DNA of 64,000 nucleotides. Source: Nostoc sp. DedSLP01. GTDB lineage: Bacteria; Cyanobacteriota; Cyanobacteriia; Cyanobacteriales; Nostocaceae. Made by a program: the position numbers and the translations under genes. The stretch lies in contig JAVRCJ020000024.1 in NCBI GenBank assembly GCA_034530875.2, positions 63,048-127,047 on the forward strand, in the 5' to 3' direction. This document shows positions 49,305 through 60,452 of the stretch, in pieces (within the stretch, counting starts at the first letter, position 1; each line of letters begins with the position of its first letter). Below the pieces are notes generated by a model that saw nothing but the letters and a program-made list of their open reading frames with translations, searched no databases and was not told where the DNA came from.

Positions 49305-50144
49305 TTAATTCTTAAAAGATGTAATTAATAGTTCGTCAATCATACCTCGATTTTTGATGTTCGAGTTAATGGAACGCGCTGCTTTTATTGTGTATATTTG
49401 AAAATTGATATCTGTATAAATTTTTTTAATAAATTCGCTATCAGAATTACATACCATAACTTTAACGCCGCGACTTGCTAACTCTGCACAAGTATCTCGC
49501 AAAAGTTCTTGGTCTTTTTTAGTAAAAGAATTTGAACTATAAGAGGTAAAATAACTAGTCTCACTGATAGGATGGTAAGGCGGATCGAAAAACACAAAGT
49601 CATCATTGCTATTAGCACGACTAAGCACTTCTGTAAAATCTGCTTGTTGAATTTTTGCCTGAGCAAGTGCTGTAGAAGCAACTCGCAGTAAATTTTCAGG
49701 ACAAATATTGGGCTTCTCATATCTGCCTAAAGGTACATTGAAATTCCCCTGGGAATTGACTCGATAAAGACCATTAAAACAGGTTTTATTCAGATAAATT
49801 AAACGCGCAGCTTTTTCTAAATCTGTACCATCAGAGTTTTTTCTTACACTATAATAATAATCTCTATTATGTAGTTCTCTATGTTTTTTAAGTAATGAAA
49901 TTAATTTTTCAACATTATCTCTAACACAGCAATAAGTATTAATTAATTCGGCATTAATATCAGTTAAAAGTGCTTTGCTTGGTTGCAAATGGAAAAAAAC
50001 AGCACCGCCACCTAAAAAAGGTTCATAGTAATTTTTATAATTCTTAGGAAAATAAGGAATATATTGCTGAATCAACCTAGTCTTACCCCCTGCCCACTTC
50101 AAAAATGGACGCGGGCTAGTTTCTTTGGGGATTTGAATAACCAT
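49305..50144 (-). CDS. dam: Dam-family (D12 class) DNA adenine methyltransferase, probably the GATC-specific cyanobacterial enzyme
   Basis: FLKWAGGK, YEPFLGGG, FNGLYRVN, FDPPY. Confidence 0.9.
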   Translation of the reverse strand: MVIQIPKETSPRPFLKWAGGKTRLIQQYIPYFPKNYKNYYEPFLGGGAVFFHLQPSKALLTDINAELINTYCCVRDNVEKLISLLKKHRELHNRDYYYSVRKNSDGTDLEKAARLIYLNKTCFNGLYRVNSQGNFNVPLGRYEKPNICPENLLRVASTALAQAKIQQADFTEVLSRANSNDDFVFFDPPYHPISETSYFTSYSSNSFTKKDQELLRDTCAELASRGVKVMVCNSDSEFIKKIYTDINFQIYTIKAARSINSNIKNRGMIDELLITSFKN

Positions 50145-50307
50145 TTACTTACAATTTCACCGAAATAATTGCGACTAAATATAGTTAATATAGCTGACGA
50201 ACCATATTTTATATTAACTGAGTAAATTTCCAGCGCATAGATTACAATTAGGTAGATAAAGGATATCAAAACAAACGTAAGTCTATAACAAGGCAGTTTA
50301 CATTCAA

Positions 50308-50514
50308 ATGTTTGATGGATTTTGGGATAACGTATTTCGCTACCCCCGCTATTTCGTTACTGTACTCTTAGGAGTATTTCTTAACACCTTTGCGCCGTTA
50401 GTGCCACTGTTGAAACGCCCAATTACTTTAATTGCACTTTTGGGTTTGTTTATCGGCAGTTTGGTGTTCGTAACTCTTACCTTACGTGCAATGCTGGGCT
50501 TGAGTACTATCTAG
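50308..50514 (+). CDS. DUF751 family protein
   Basis: FWDNV.RYPRYF....LG, TLRAMLG; precedes rbfA. Confidence 0.85.
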   Translation: MFDGFWDNVFRYPRYFVTVLLGVFLNTFAPLVPLLKRPITLIALLGLFIGSLVFVTLTLRAMLGLSTI

Positions 50515-50643
50515 ATTAGGATAATGCAGTGGCTTCTGCCCTTTAGACAGTTGTTTTTGGTGTTACTTGCATACGCTAGGTATTCTCTACCCAGCTTGCG
50601 TATATACTATGTCGTACAACCTCTGTGAGGAGGCTAAACTTTT

Positions 50644-51063
50644 ATGGCTACAAATCGCCGCGTTTCCCGAGTTGCTGAATTGATCAAACGGGAAGTTAGC
50701 CAAATGCTACTCAACGGCATTAAGGATGACCGTGTGGGTACAGGAATGGTAAGCGTTACTGATGTTGATGTTTCTGGCGATCTCCAACACGCCAAAATCT
50801 ACGTCAGTATCTACGGTACAGATGAAGCTAAGGCAGAAACAATGGCAGGCTTAAAGTCAGCCACGGGTTTTGTGCGGAGCGAACTTGGTGCTAGGGTACG
50901 CCTACGTCGTACACCAGAGGTCATCTTTGTCGAAGATCGCTCAATAGAACGTGGTAATAAGGTACTGGCACTCTTAAACCAGCTAAACAATCAGCGATCG
51001 CCAGAAAATCCTTTACCAACAGAAGACAGCACAGACCTAGATGATGAGGGCTTCTCAGAATAA
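50644..51063 (+). CDS. rbfA: Ribosome-binding factor A
   Basis: [40 protein letters not shown]. Confidence 0.96.
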   Translation: MATNRRVSRVAELIKREVSQMLLNGIKDDRVGTGMVSVTDVDVSGDLQHAKIYVSIYGTDEAKAETMAGLKSATGFVRSELGARVRLRRTPEVIFVEDRSIERGNKVLALLNQLNNQRSPENPLPTEDSTDLDDEGFSE

Positions 51064-51764
51064 GTAACTCAAATAACAATGTAACTTCAGAACAATCGAT
51101 CTCAGCAAATCCGCCAAACACTTTACAGACGCCATTTGGTCGCGTCTGTTTTAATGTGTCTATAAGCATAGGGCATAGGAATGGGGTATTGGGATTGGGG
51201 TAAGGGGGAAAGGAGAAAGATTATATTTATTCCTTTTCCCTTTAACCTTTAACCTTTTCCCCTGCTCTCCCTGCTTCCCCTGCCCCTCTGCCTTTCTACA
51301 GATGTTTATCTAAAAAAAACCATGTAACATCGACGCTGATATTAACCGCCTGGTTGTAGAATTTATTTAAGAAATTGTTAACAGTCGCTTGCTTAAAAGT
51401 CTTGATAGTGTAACTTAACCGTTAGTTTTGCCATAGTTTATACCCTAGTTGCTGCCCAATATCCTTATCTTATTTACCTTGAGATAGATACCAACAGTTC
51501 TAGATACACCTTTCAGGTAATTATTTGGTATATGAGCGATCGCTATGTAAACCTTTCTCATCAGCCAGATCGTGCCTCAAAGCATCAATAGCAAAACTTT
51601 CTAACCTGTTGAATCAAAGTCACAGAACTAACTCAGCAGGTTTTGTTAACTTCTTTGGCATTGTTTTGTGAAGCGTATTTTTCACGAATGTCAGCTTTTG
51701 TTGACTTTCTTAACATTTCTTGAGATAATTTCAGGTTATGTAGCGTCAAAATGAAATTAGTTCC

Positions 51765-51778
51765 GTATAGCAAACTAC
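51765..51778 (+). promoter_or_regulatory. Putative NtcA box
   Basis: GTA-TAGCAAAC-TAC about 90 bp upstream of the DUF4327 ATG. Confidence 0.45.
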
Positions 51779-51868
51779 AAAACCATAGCGGCAAGTCAAA
51801 TCGATGTCATGTTTGTTCCTAATAGCTAACGGGAACACTATCTAAGTATTAATTTGCGAGTAAAAATC

Positions 51869-52105
51869 ATGAGTGTCAATACGGTGCCTTCTATTAATTA
51901 TTACTCTCTGGATGTGATTCAAGACGAAGCACGCCGACTGGTGCAAAAGGGAATGGTCAGCCGACAACAGCCAATATATACACTCTGCCAATACATTCCA
52001 GCGAGAGAGTGGGTTTGCGTTGAATGTGAATTAGAAAAATGCGACTTTTTGTTGCGCGATCGCATTGGCGATTTGATTGGTCGCGAGCAATGGGATAACG
52101 ACTAA
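51869..52105 (+). CDS. DUF4327 family protein
   Basis: YSLDVIQDEARRLV, RQQPIY.LC.YIP.REW..VE.ELE, IGDL....W..D. Confidence 0.85.
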   Translation: MSVNTVPSINYYSLDVIQDEARRLVQKGMVSRQQPIYTLCQYIPAREWVCVECELEKCDFLLRDRIGDLIGREQWDND

Positions 52106-52351
52106 TCAACGTTTAATTTCGAGTTTGAGATTGGGAGTTTATTTTCGATATGTAAGCTTCGCGATCGAAGATTCGGCCCCAATCTGGGAGATTATCTCTG
52201 ACTTTTGGTAAGCATTGCACGATAGAGAATCTTGCGTTTTTCTTTAATACGGAAACATTAGAGTCTCAGTTTATACAAAAATTCACGTAAATTTAGGCAT
52301 CAGAACCAACATATCTGGTGCAACAGATTGAGTCTAGTATCTAGATTCTCC

Positions 52352-52393
52352 TACCGGAGTAGTTCAGCATTAAGAACTGCTCCGGTAATTTTT
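52352..52393. terminator. Long hairpin between convergent genes (possible terminator)
   Basis: TACCGGAGTAGTTC-N8-GAACTGCTCCGGTA followed by ATTTTT. Confidence 0.5.
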
Positions 52394-52523
52394 CAAATTG
52401 GGGCATTGGGGATTGGGCATTGGGCAAGCAGGAGGTGTGGGAGGTGTGGGAAGATGGGGAAGAAATCTTTCCCCCCTAGTCCCCACACTCCCCCATCTCT
52501 CCCCTGCTCCCGTGCTCCCTGCC

Positions 52524-52877
52524 TCATTCCACTTGGTCTAAATACTGATTAATATCATCAATGATGCGAGTCAATTCGGCTTCTGTAGTTATGCGGATGT
52601 TGATATTGCGAACAGTCAATAAAACTTTAGCTGCGAAGGGACTAGGCCAAATATTAGGATTGCAGAAAACTTCTAAAAAAACTTCGCCAGTGTAACGATA
52701 TTCCAGGGGAGGCTGGGGAGTTGCTTTAGTGCCGCCAGGAGTGGGTTTAGCTGCAACAGCCTTGAGGCGTTCCATTAACTGGTCTATTGCTGCCTTTAGT
52801 TCTCGTGCTGCTTGGGGTGAAAAACTGAAGGACACAGAACCTTCAACTAAGTTGAGTGTTAGAGGAGTTGAAGACAT
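52524..52877 (-). CDS. Hypothetical protein
   Basis: 117-aa ATG ORF (LNL.EGSVSF.F, FLEVFCNPNIWPSPFAAKVL). Confidence 0.8.
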   Translation of the reverse strand: MSSTPLTLNLVEGSVSFSFSPQAARELKAAIDQLMERLKAVAAKPTPGGTKATPQPPLEYRYTGEVFLEVFCNPNIWPSPFAAKVLLTVRNINIRITTEAELTRIIDDINQYLDQVE

Positions 52878-53080
52878 TAGCTTTGTATTGAAACTTGTTG
52901 ATAAATACTAATGTTACTTGAATAAGTAGTCAGGGTTAGAGCAGTTTTCAGATAGGTAAGGTACATAGAAAAATTAACTATAGATGAACATATATCCTCG
53001 TAGGTTAGCACAGGTGTGTTACTCTACTCATTACAAATGAGAGATGATTTCTGTAATCCACAGAAAGGAGCAAGTGATAG

Positions 53081-54184
53081 ATGAAAGTAGAATTTATCTC
53101 CATTCAAAACTTCAAGAAATTTGAAAATTTGATGGTTTCGTTTAAAAACAAAACCCTTGATGAAGCCAGCGATCGCTTTCTTCTATTGGGAGATAATGGT
53201 TCTGGTAAGACAACTTTATTACAGGCGATCGCTCTGCCATTGGCATTAGCTACGGGGCGTATTCAGAGTTTTTCTGAATTTGATTGGATTGGGTTTATGC
53301 CAGGACGCTACTGGCGATGGGGAACACCAAGAATTGAATTAGAGGTATCTTTTGAAGAAGAGGAGTTGCAAGCCACTCAGGAGATTGCAAATAGATGGTA
53401 CGAGGCTCAACCGGCAGAGTTTCGCTCAGAAAGAGACTTTGTGAAACCAGGTAACAGTCGTGTAGTTAAAGTAATTTTGAGTGGAGATTATTGGAAAGCT
53501 GGTAATACACCTGAAGAACGTGCCCAATTTAGAGGGCGTTACTATACACAATGGTTTATCAATCGAGGTGAACAATCATTTCGTCATTATTTCTCTAAAC
53601 TTCCGGGAATTTTTTGGTTCGATCAGTTTCGTAATTTGGGATCGAATCCGAACCAAGAAGGAGGAGAAAGTATTAAAGAACGTAGTAGTGGGATTTCTTT
53701 TGAGTTAGGAGTTGGTCGTTTACGACAATATCTTATTGATTGGAGACGTAAGCAGAATGTCGGTATTAGTTCTAAGAATGATTACCTGAGTCAGTTAGAA
53801 CGACTTTATAAAAAAGTATTTCCTGAACGTTATTTTTACGGTCTAGAAAGTTTACCAAGCATAGATTCTCCGACAGAAGAGACTACTTACTTTTTACTCA
53901 GTGATGGACATCGGACTTACGATCTTGTTGAAATGTCTGCTGGTGAACAATCCATCTTTCCCATTCTCTATGAGTTTGTAAGACAACAGATTGCGTACTC
54001 AGTTGTCCTGATTGATGAAATAGACTTGAATTTACATCCCCCGGCAGCGCAATTCCTTATTAGTCAACTACTTAAAATTGAACCAACCTGCCAATTCATT
54101 ATCACAACTCACTCTGAAACTGTTAGCAATGTCATCAGTGAAAGTGACACATACCGTTTATCTGGAGGAGTTTTGTGTCTGTAA
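53081..54184 (+). CDS. ABC-type (AAA_21/AAA_15-like) ATPase, AriA-like
   Basis: IQNFK, GDNGSGKTT, MSAGEQ, LIDEIDLNLHP, TTHS; AAGGAG RBS. Confidence 0.85.
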   Translation: MKVEFISIQNFKKFENLMVSFKNKTLDEASDRFLLLGDNGSGKTTLLQAIALPLALATGRIQSFSEFDWIGFMPGRYWRWGTPRIELEVSFEEEELQATQEIANRWYEAQPAEFRSERDFVKPGNSRVVKVILSGDYWKAGNTPEERAQFRGRYYTQWFINRGEQSFRHYFSKLPGIFWFDQFRNLGSNPNQEGGESIKERSSGISFELGVGRLRQYLIDWRRKQNVGISSKNDYLSQLERLYKKVFPERYFYGLESLPSIDSPTEETTYFLLSDGHRTYDLVEMSAGEQSIFPILYEFVRQQIAYSVVLIDEIDLNLHPPAAQFLISQLLKIEPTCQFIITTHSETVSNVISESDTYRLSGGVLCL

Positions 54185-55011
54185 ATCTTCTTTACTGTGA
54201 AGGGAACAAAAAAAGTTACGACATTAGAGTAATTCGTCAACTTCTTCCTAAATGTGAGATTCGCCCTCTTGGCGGCAGAACATTTATGGAAAAAATTATT
54301 GCTGATAGAGCAATTAACCCAAATCTAGCTGGTATTATAGATCGTGATTTTGACTACTATGATTTTATTCATACAAACTCACCAATTCCTTACCAATATG
54401 AAGGAGTGCATGTCGGTTGGAAGTGGCAAAGAAAAGAAATAGAAAATTACTTAATCGATCCAGTCGTTGTGCAAAATGCTTTGGGACGTAAAGCACCACC
54501 AATCAATTTATATCAAAAGGCATTAGATGAAGCTGCAAAGGAAATTTCAGTGTATACAACAGCTCGTACTGCCCTTACCTGCTTCAAGTTTCAAAATCGA
54601 TGGGGAGATAAAATACAGAAAGTCTTTGAATCAGATCATTTTTTTCCTAAAAGATTAAGTCTTGAGGCTTGTAAGCAAAACATACGAGAGATAGTTCGTC
54701 AAAATAAAGGCGATAGGATTGTTACAGCAGAGAACGTTTTAAATAAATTTGAAGAGTTGCGTGAATCCTTTAGCCCTGGGGGATTTAGATTTGAAAATTA
54801 CCTAACTTTTTTTGCAGGTAAGGATTTACTCTGGACGATGCGAAATAAACTAATAGAATTTGGCTTTGAAGCAACTACATCAGAAAGTAATAGTCCGATT
54901 TCAGTTTTTTTAGAGAAAATAGTTTCCAGAATAGAACGGGCAGAAGAAGTATGGGCTTGGCTTCCAGAATGGCAAGTATTTAGACAGCAAATTATTAATA
55001 CCAATTTTTAA
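54175..55011 (+). CDS. TOPRIM/DUF4435-like putative nuclease, AriB-like
   Basis: YCEG..D, PLGG, IIDRDFD, KEIENYL; GTG start overlaps the ATPase stop. Confidence 0.7.
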   Translation: MSVNLLYCEGNKKSYDIRVIRQLLPKCEIRPLGGRTFMEKIIADRAINPNLAGIIDRDFDYYDFIHTNSPIPYQYEGVHVGWKWQRKEIENYLIDPVVVQNALGRKAPPINLYQKALDEAAKEISVYTTARTALTCFKFQNRWGDKIQKVFESDHFFPKRLSLEACKQNIREIVRQNKGDRIVTAENVLNKFEELRESFSPGGFRFENYLTFFAGKDLLWTMRNKLIEFGFEATTSESNSPISVFLEKIVSRIERAEEVWAWLPEWQVFRQQIINTNF

Positions 55012-55296
55012 TACTTGCTGTTTAACTTATCTAGAGCATTTGCATACAAATAAAGTTAACTAAAATTTTTATACGATTAATGCTAAAAATATGCTGTTAT
55101 TAGTAGAGTTAATACCAATGATTATCTAGGTTGTAGCTCTTATTAATTAGAAAAAATCTCAATAATTACAATAAAAATTATCAGCTATAGAGATATTTAG
55201 CTCCTACTGTGTAAGAGTTTGATACATTTTATTTGTATTTATTGATGTTTTGAGTTTTACATTAGAAGTCATAGAACTAAATGCAATAAATAATCT

Positions 55297-56196
55297 ATGG
55301 CTTACGATAACCGTGGCGAAGTGCGGAAGGTTTTAATTATCACCCTAGTACTCAACCTGTTTGTAATGGGATTAAAAGCAATAGTTGGTTCGTGGACGGG
55401 TTCATTGAGTTTACTAGCGGATGCTTTGCATAGTGTGACCGATAGTGCCAACAACGTTTTAGGATTAATTGCGAGTAAATTTTCTTCTCCCCGACCCGAT
55501 CGCGAGCATCCTTACGGACACAGCAAGTTTGAAGCAGTGGGAGCCTTAGGAATCGCTGCTTTTTTAGGAATAGCCTGTTTTGAAATTCTCCAAGGAGCGA
55601 TTGAGCGAATTCTTAAGGGTGGCGAACCTGTAAAAATCTCACCACCTGAGTTGTGGTTATTACTAATTGTGTTGGGTGTAAATATTTTTGTAGCGTTTTA
55701 CGAACGTGCTGTGGGTAGGCGGGTAGGTAGCCCGATTCTCATCGCTGATGCTACACACACGATGAGCGACATTTGGGTGACAATTTCTGTGATTGGAGGC
55801 TTGATCGGAGTTTGGCTAGGTTATCAATGGATGGATGTGGTGTTAGCTTTTCCGGTGGCTTTGTTGGTATTTTGGAGTGGCTGGTCAGTTTTAAAAGAAA
55901 ATTTGCCTTGGTTGGTGGATCGAATGGCGATCGCACCAGAAGTAATTCATGGAATCGCGACTTCTGTCCCAGGTGTAATTAACTGTCATGACATCGCTTC
56001 TCGCGGTGTTGTTGGCCGTCAAGTGTTCATTGAAATGCATTTAATCGTAAACGCATCAGATGTAGAAACTGCCCACCAAATTACTGAAGAAGTAGAAAGC
56101 CGATTAGAAGAACGATTCCGCCCAGTCAGGATTTTAATCCACGTCGAACCACCGGGATACAAGTCTGAGCAAATTACCTTCGAGGCTGAGGGATAA
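55297..56196 (+). CDS. Cation diffusion facilitator family transporter
   Basis: LADALHSVTD, HPYGH.K.E, ADATHT.SD, IHVEP. Confidence 0.93.
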   Translation: MAYDNRGEVRKVLIITLVLNLFVMGLKAIVGSWTGSLSLLADALHSVTDSANNVLGLIASKFSSPRPDREHPYGHSKFEAVGALGIAAFLGIACFEILQGAIERILKGGEPVKISPPELWLLLIVLGVNIFVAFYERAVGRRVGSPILIADATHTMSDIWVTISVIGGLIGVWLGYQWMDVVLAFPVALLVFWSGWSVLKENLPWLVDRMAIAPEVIHGIATSVPGVINCHDIASRGVVGRQVFIEMHLIVNASDVETAHQITEEVESRLEERFRPVRILIHVEPPGYKSEQITFEAEG

Positions 56197-56239
56197 GAGG
56201 CCAATGGGACAAGGGGAATGATAATGACCCATGTCCGTA

Positions 56240-56644
56240 TTAATTGTTATGAGAAGCAACTAAATTGACGACAATTGCAACTAATTCTCCTGGATCTATT
56301 GGTTTACCTACATGAATCTGAAAGCCTGCTTCCAGGGCGGTGCTACGATACTCGCGATCGCCATAAGCTGTTAAGGCAATGGCAGGTAGTTTTCTGTAAA
56401 TGTCTGATTGCTGCGATCGGATTTTGCGGATGAGGGTATAACCATCTTCATTAGGCATCGCAATATCACATATCAAGATATCAGGCTGCAATTCGGGTAA
56501 TACTTTCAATGCAGCCGCTGCTGATGCAACTGCTGTGACAGATGCTCCATCTGCTTCCAATACAGTTGTAATGTAAAAGCGGCTATCTTCATCATCATCA
56601 ACTACGAGGATGTTTAAGCCAACAAGAGGGAGAGGGGGTTCCAT
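56240..56644 (-). CDS. Single-domain response regulator
   Basis: ILVVDDD, DIAMP..DG, ALTA, KP. Confidence 0.9.
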   Translation of the reverse strand: MEPPLPLVGLNILVVDDDEDSRFYITTVLEADGASVTAVASAAAALKVLPELQPDILICDIAMPNEDGYTLIRKIRSQQSDIYRKLPAIALTAYGDREYRSTALEAGFQIHVGKPIDPGELVAIVVNLVASHNN

Positions 56645-56905
56645 AACATCTCTATCAATGTTGATAAAATAAAAATTATTGATAATGGCTTGCTAGTTTT
56701 TTTATTCGTAACTACATTATTGGTCATTTTACTGCGATTGCGTCTATTTTTGTAGAAAACACTCAACTCTTTTAGTTATTATTCAATTTCAAGCTAATTT
56801 TGTACTGGCATTTATATTATATTTTGTTCAAAAAATACGATTTTCATGAGATAAATTTATTAGAAAATTTTTATACTAAATTTAATTTTTTTTATTTAGA
56901 GAGAT

Positions 56906-57391
56906 TCAACCAAAAATTTGACAACCTGGATAGAAGCGATCGCTCAAAATATCCTCTAACGAATACAAACATTGTTGGGGAAAAGTTGACAGCGGCAGAT
57001 TTGTTTCACCTGATGCTAAATCCCTAGCATTTTCGTAAGCTTCAGCGAGTAACTCTGCTAAATAAGGCTTTAAACTAGGATTTTCACTCAGCAACTTTAC
57101 AGTTTCCCGCCGTTGTACGCGAATTGTAGCCAACCAACTCCGACTCCGTTTTTCTGGTTGATATTCCCACTTCAGTAAATGTCCAATTAAGACACTGAGG
57201 CAATTTCTCAATTCTTGGCGTTCTTTTCTGCCCAAGGATTCAATTTCCTCAATTAAATTGGACAAATCCAATTGGTTCCATTGCTGATGACGTAACAAGT
57301 TAGCTTGCTGTTGAGTCCAAGCATGGAAATCAGTTTCATAGAGGTTTTGGTTCGCACTTTTAGCCGTTTGTCTTATTTCTGGCGTCTGCAT
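56906..57391 (-). CDS. DUF29 domain protein (second copy)
   Basis: LYETDFHAW, DLSNLIEEIESLGR, HLLKWEYQP, SW.ATI, NPSLKPY. Confidence 0.9.
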   Translation of the reverse strand: MQTPEIRQTAKSANQNLYETDFHAWTQQQANLLRHQQWNQLDLSNLIEEIESLGRKERQELRNCLSVLIGHLLKWEYQPEKRSRSWLATIRVQRRETVKLLSENPSLKPYLAELLAEAYENARDLASGETNLPLSTFPQQCLYSLEDILSDRFYPGCQIFG

Positions 57392-57480
57392 AGTGAAATC
57401 AAAACCTGGCGATGTTTTCCTAATTTTAGTCTTTAATGAAAGGGAAGATAAACTCATCTTCCCTTTTCCAAAAAACTAAA

Positions 57481-59103
57481 TTATTCCCACTCAATAGTTC
57501 CAGGCGGCTTGGAAGTGATGTCATAAACCACCCGATTTACTCCTTTGACTTCATTGACAATGCGAGTCGAAATCACCTCTAGCACATCGTAAGGGACTCT
57601 TGCCCAATCTGCTGTCATTCCATCTTCACTGGTAACAATCCGCAAAACGATGGGATAAGCATAAGTACGTTGATCTCCCATGACGCCAACGCTACGAATT
57701 GGCAGCAACACAGCAAATGCCTGCCAATAGCTATGATACAAGCCGCGTTGGTTAATTTCTTGGCGCACGATTAAATCAGCATCGCGCAAAATATTTAACC
57801 TTTCGGCGGTGACTTCACCGAGAATCCGAATTGCTAAACCGGGCCCTGGGAAAGGTTGGCGTTGGACAATTTCTTCTGGCAAACCAATGGAACGCCCGAC
57901 TTTGCGGACTTCATCTTTAAAGAGTTTCCGCAGTGGTTCCACTAATTTAAATCTTAAGTCTTTGGGCAAACCACCGACATTGTGATGGCTTTTAATTTTC
58001 ACTGCTACCCGTTCGCCTGTTTGGGGGTCAACGTTGGTATCAGCAGATTCGATCACATCTGGATAAAGAGTCCCTTGAGCGAGATAATCAAAGTGACCGA
58101 GACGTTTCGATGTTTCTTCAAATACGCGAATGAATTCGTGACCGATGCGGCGACGTTTTTCTTCGGGATCTGTAACACCAGCAATAGCGGCTAAAAAGCG
58201 ATCGCGAGCATTGACGTATTCTACAGGAATATGAAACTGCTCTTGGAACAACTTCACCAATCGCTCTGGCTCGTACTTCCGCATAAAGCCTTGGTCGATA
58301 AACACACAAGTCAGTTGGTCGCCAATGGCTTTGTATAACAAGAATGCCAAAGTAGAAGAATCCACACCCCCAGACAACGCCAACAATACCCGCTTCTCGC
58401 CGACTCTAGCGCGAATTTCCCGAATAGATTCTTCCACAAAAGCTGCTGTTGTCCAAGTCGGTTCGCAATCGCAGATATGGTAGACAAAATTCCGAATTAA
58501 TGCTAGACCACCAACTGAATGTACCACCTCTGGATGGAACTGCACGCCGTAAAGTTTCCTTTCATGGTCGGCAATGGCAGCACAAGGAGTATTTTCAGTA
58601 TGAGCCAGCAATTCAAACCCCGGCGGCATTTTGGTAACTGAGTCTCCGTGACTCATCCACATGGTGGTACCATCTTCAACATTAGTGAGCAAATCTGTGG
58701 GATCGTCTATATATAATGATGCTTTCCCATATTCGCCTCGGTCGGCCTTTGCCACTTCCCCGCCAAGTTGATTTACCATCAGCTGCATTCCGTAGCAAAC
58801 ACCCAAGATGGGTATTCCCAAATTCCAGATTTCTGGGTCACAATGGGGAGCGTTATCGCCATAAACCGAACTCGGCCCGCCAGAGAGAATGATTCCCTTA
58901 GGATTGAGTTGCCGCAAATGTTCAGAACTAGTGCGATAAGACAAAACTTCCGAGTATACTTGAGTCTCGCGAATGCGACGGGCAATCAGCTCGGAATATT
59001 GGGAGCCGAAGTCCAAAATCACAATCAGTTGCCGATTCAACTGCCCAAAGTTTTCTAATGTTTGGGGAGCTTGTTCAGTTGGTAGAGTCACCGCTGTATT
59101 CAT
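57481..59103 (-). CDS. guaA: GMP synthase (glutamine-hydrolysing)
   Basis: [44 protein letters not shown]. Confidence 0.98.
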   Translation of the reverse strand: MNTAVTLPTEQAPQTLENFGQLNRQLIVILDFGSQYSELIARRIRETQVYSEVLSYRTSSEHLRQLNPKGIILSGGPSSVYGDNAPHCDPEIWNLGIPILGVCYGMQLMVNQLGGEVAKADRGEYGKASLYIDDPTDLLTNVEDGTTMWMSHGDSVTKMPPGFELLAHTENTPCAAIADHERKLYGVQFHPEVVHSVGGLALIRNFVYHICDCEPTWTTAAFVEESIREIRARVGEKRVLLALSGGVDSSTLAFLLYKAIGDQLTCVFIDQGFMRKYEPERLVKLFQEQFHIPVEYVNARDRFLAAIAGVTDPEEKRRRIGHEFIRVFEETSKRLGHFDYLAQGTLYPDVIESADTNVDPQTGERVAVKIKSHHNVGGLPKDLRFKLVEPLRKLFKDEVRKVGRSIGLPEEIVQRQPFPGPGLAIRILGEVTAERLNILRDADLIVRQEINQRGLYHSYWQAFAVLLPIRSVGVMGDQRTYAYPIVLRIVTSEDGMTADWARVPYDVLEVISTRIVNEVKGVNRVVYDITSKPPGTIEWE

Positions 59104-59336
59104 AACGGGGAGAATTATGTCTGTGAAGGATAAATTAATGCCCTGGGATCTTTATAGCTTGATGCTAGTATCCAGCTTGGGCAGCCAGATAATGGTATGA
59201 TGAACCTTGACAAACGCCTATTTATATGCGCTTGTCCATTTCCTGAGCCGGAGATGGTATTAAAAGGATAAACTTACCCCAAAGAGATTACTTAAAAGAT
59301 TATTTATGGGAATTGTTTACGATTATTCATAATAAG

Positions 59337-60452
59337 TTAACATAATTTTCCCATTAACAGACCAGCAGTTTTACTCTTCACGATAATTTTGCGATCGCCA
59401 TCAAAGAGAATCGAGCCACAGACTGTAACTTCTGTGCCTTTTTTGCTCTGGCTTTGAATGTATTCTTTAGAACGAACGTCGATAGTGTCGGCGATCGCGT
59501 TGTAAACTTGGTTTACCCAATCGCTACCTGTGGCAGCGTCTAGGGAGCGTAAGTATTTTAATGCGGCTTCAGCGGTAGGGCTGTGAAATATAGCTTCAAT
59601 ATCTGGCGATTTTAACCCAGCGATCGCACAGTGGGCTGCTAATATTTCCCGGCGGCCATCAGCTAGGTGGTGATGGGTGTGAAAAATCCCTCCAGCTAAT
59701 TTCATCAGTTTGCCGTGATAGCCAAATAATAAAATTTCTTTCACACCTAGCACATCAGCTTCTACTAGCATTGGCCCAAGCCAGTTAGCAGTTTTCACCA
59801 ATTTTTCGGGATTAATGCCTATTTTTGGCGCTAAATCTAGCCCATTCTCGCCAATACAAAATACCAAACTCTCAAACCGACTGGCTTTATTTTGTAAATC
59901 GGCACGAAAAGCTGCAAGCTGGTCGGGAGTACTCAAAGGTTGAGAAATGCCGGTTGTGCCTAAAAGCGAAAGTCCTTCAACCACACCAAAAGCAGAATTT
60001 GAAGTTCGCACGGCAAGCGATCGCCCTTCGGGTAAAATAATCGTCACCGTGATTTTTTCCCCAGCCGCCAACATTCGTTGTAAATTCTCTTGCAATAACC
60101 TGCGAGCATAAGCATAAATAGCTGGCTTATCCTCAGCATTCGCCTGTCTGCCAATTCCTTCCCCACCCTTAATAATTACAGCTTCTTCACCGTCTTCTTG
60201 CCATTCCACCATTACCCAAATTGGTGTATTTCTGGTCAAATCGAGATTATCGCCAGGGTCGCTGCGGGTAATTGCCAAAGCTGTATTTTCAGATAATCCT
60301 GCTACCTGTTCGATAAGGATTTCTGCGATTTGATTGGGTTCAATTAGATCTATCGACGCTATGGTTAATGGTTGGCGATCGCGTAACCAGTGTAAAGCTG
60401 CAACAGCAGCACCACAAGCAAATACAGGGAGTGTGTATCCAGAACGGGACAT
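59337..60452 (-). CDS. cbiD: Cobalt-precorrin-5B C1-methyltransferase
   Basis: SGYTLPVFA, SDPGDNLDLT, GGEGIG, RTSN.AFGVVEGLSLLGTTGI, GYHGKL.KLAGGIFHTH. Confidence 0.93.
   Translation of the reverse strand: MSRSGYTLPVFACGAAVAALHWLRDRQPLTIASIDLIEPNQIAEILIEQVAGLSENTALAITRSDPGDNLDLTRNTPIWVMVEWQEDGEEAVIIKGGEGIGRQANAEDKPAIYAYARRLLQENLQRMLAAGEKITVTIILPEGRSLAVRTSNSAFGVVEGLSLLGTTGISQPLSTPDQLAAFRADLQNKASRFESLVFCIGENGLDLAPKIGINPEKLVKTANWLGPMLVEADVLGVKEILLFGYHGKLMKLAGGIFHTHHHLADGRREILAAHCAIAGLKSPDIEAIFHSPTAEAALKYLRSLDAATGSDWVNQVYNAIADTIDVRSKEYIQSQSKKGTEVTVCGSILFDGDRKIIVKSKTAGLLMGKLC

Noticed and set aside
59104..59336. Purine-type riboswitch upstream of guaA
   Set aside because: No recognisable aptamer consensus by eye; an Infernal scan would settle it
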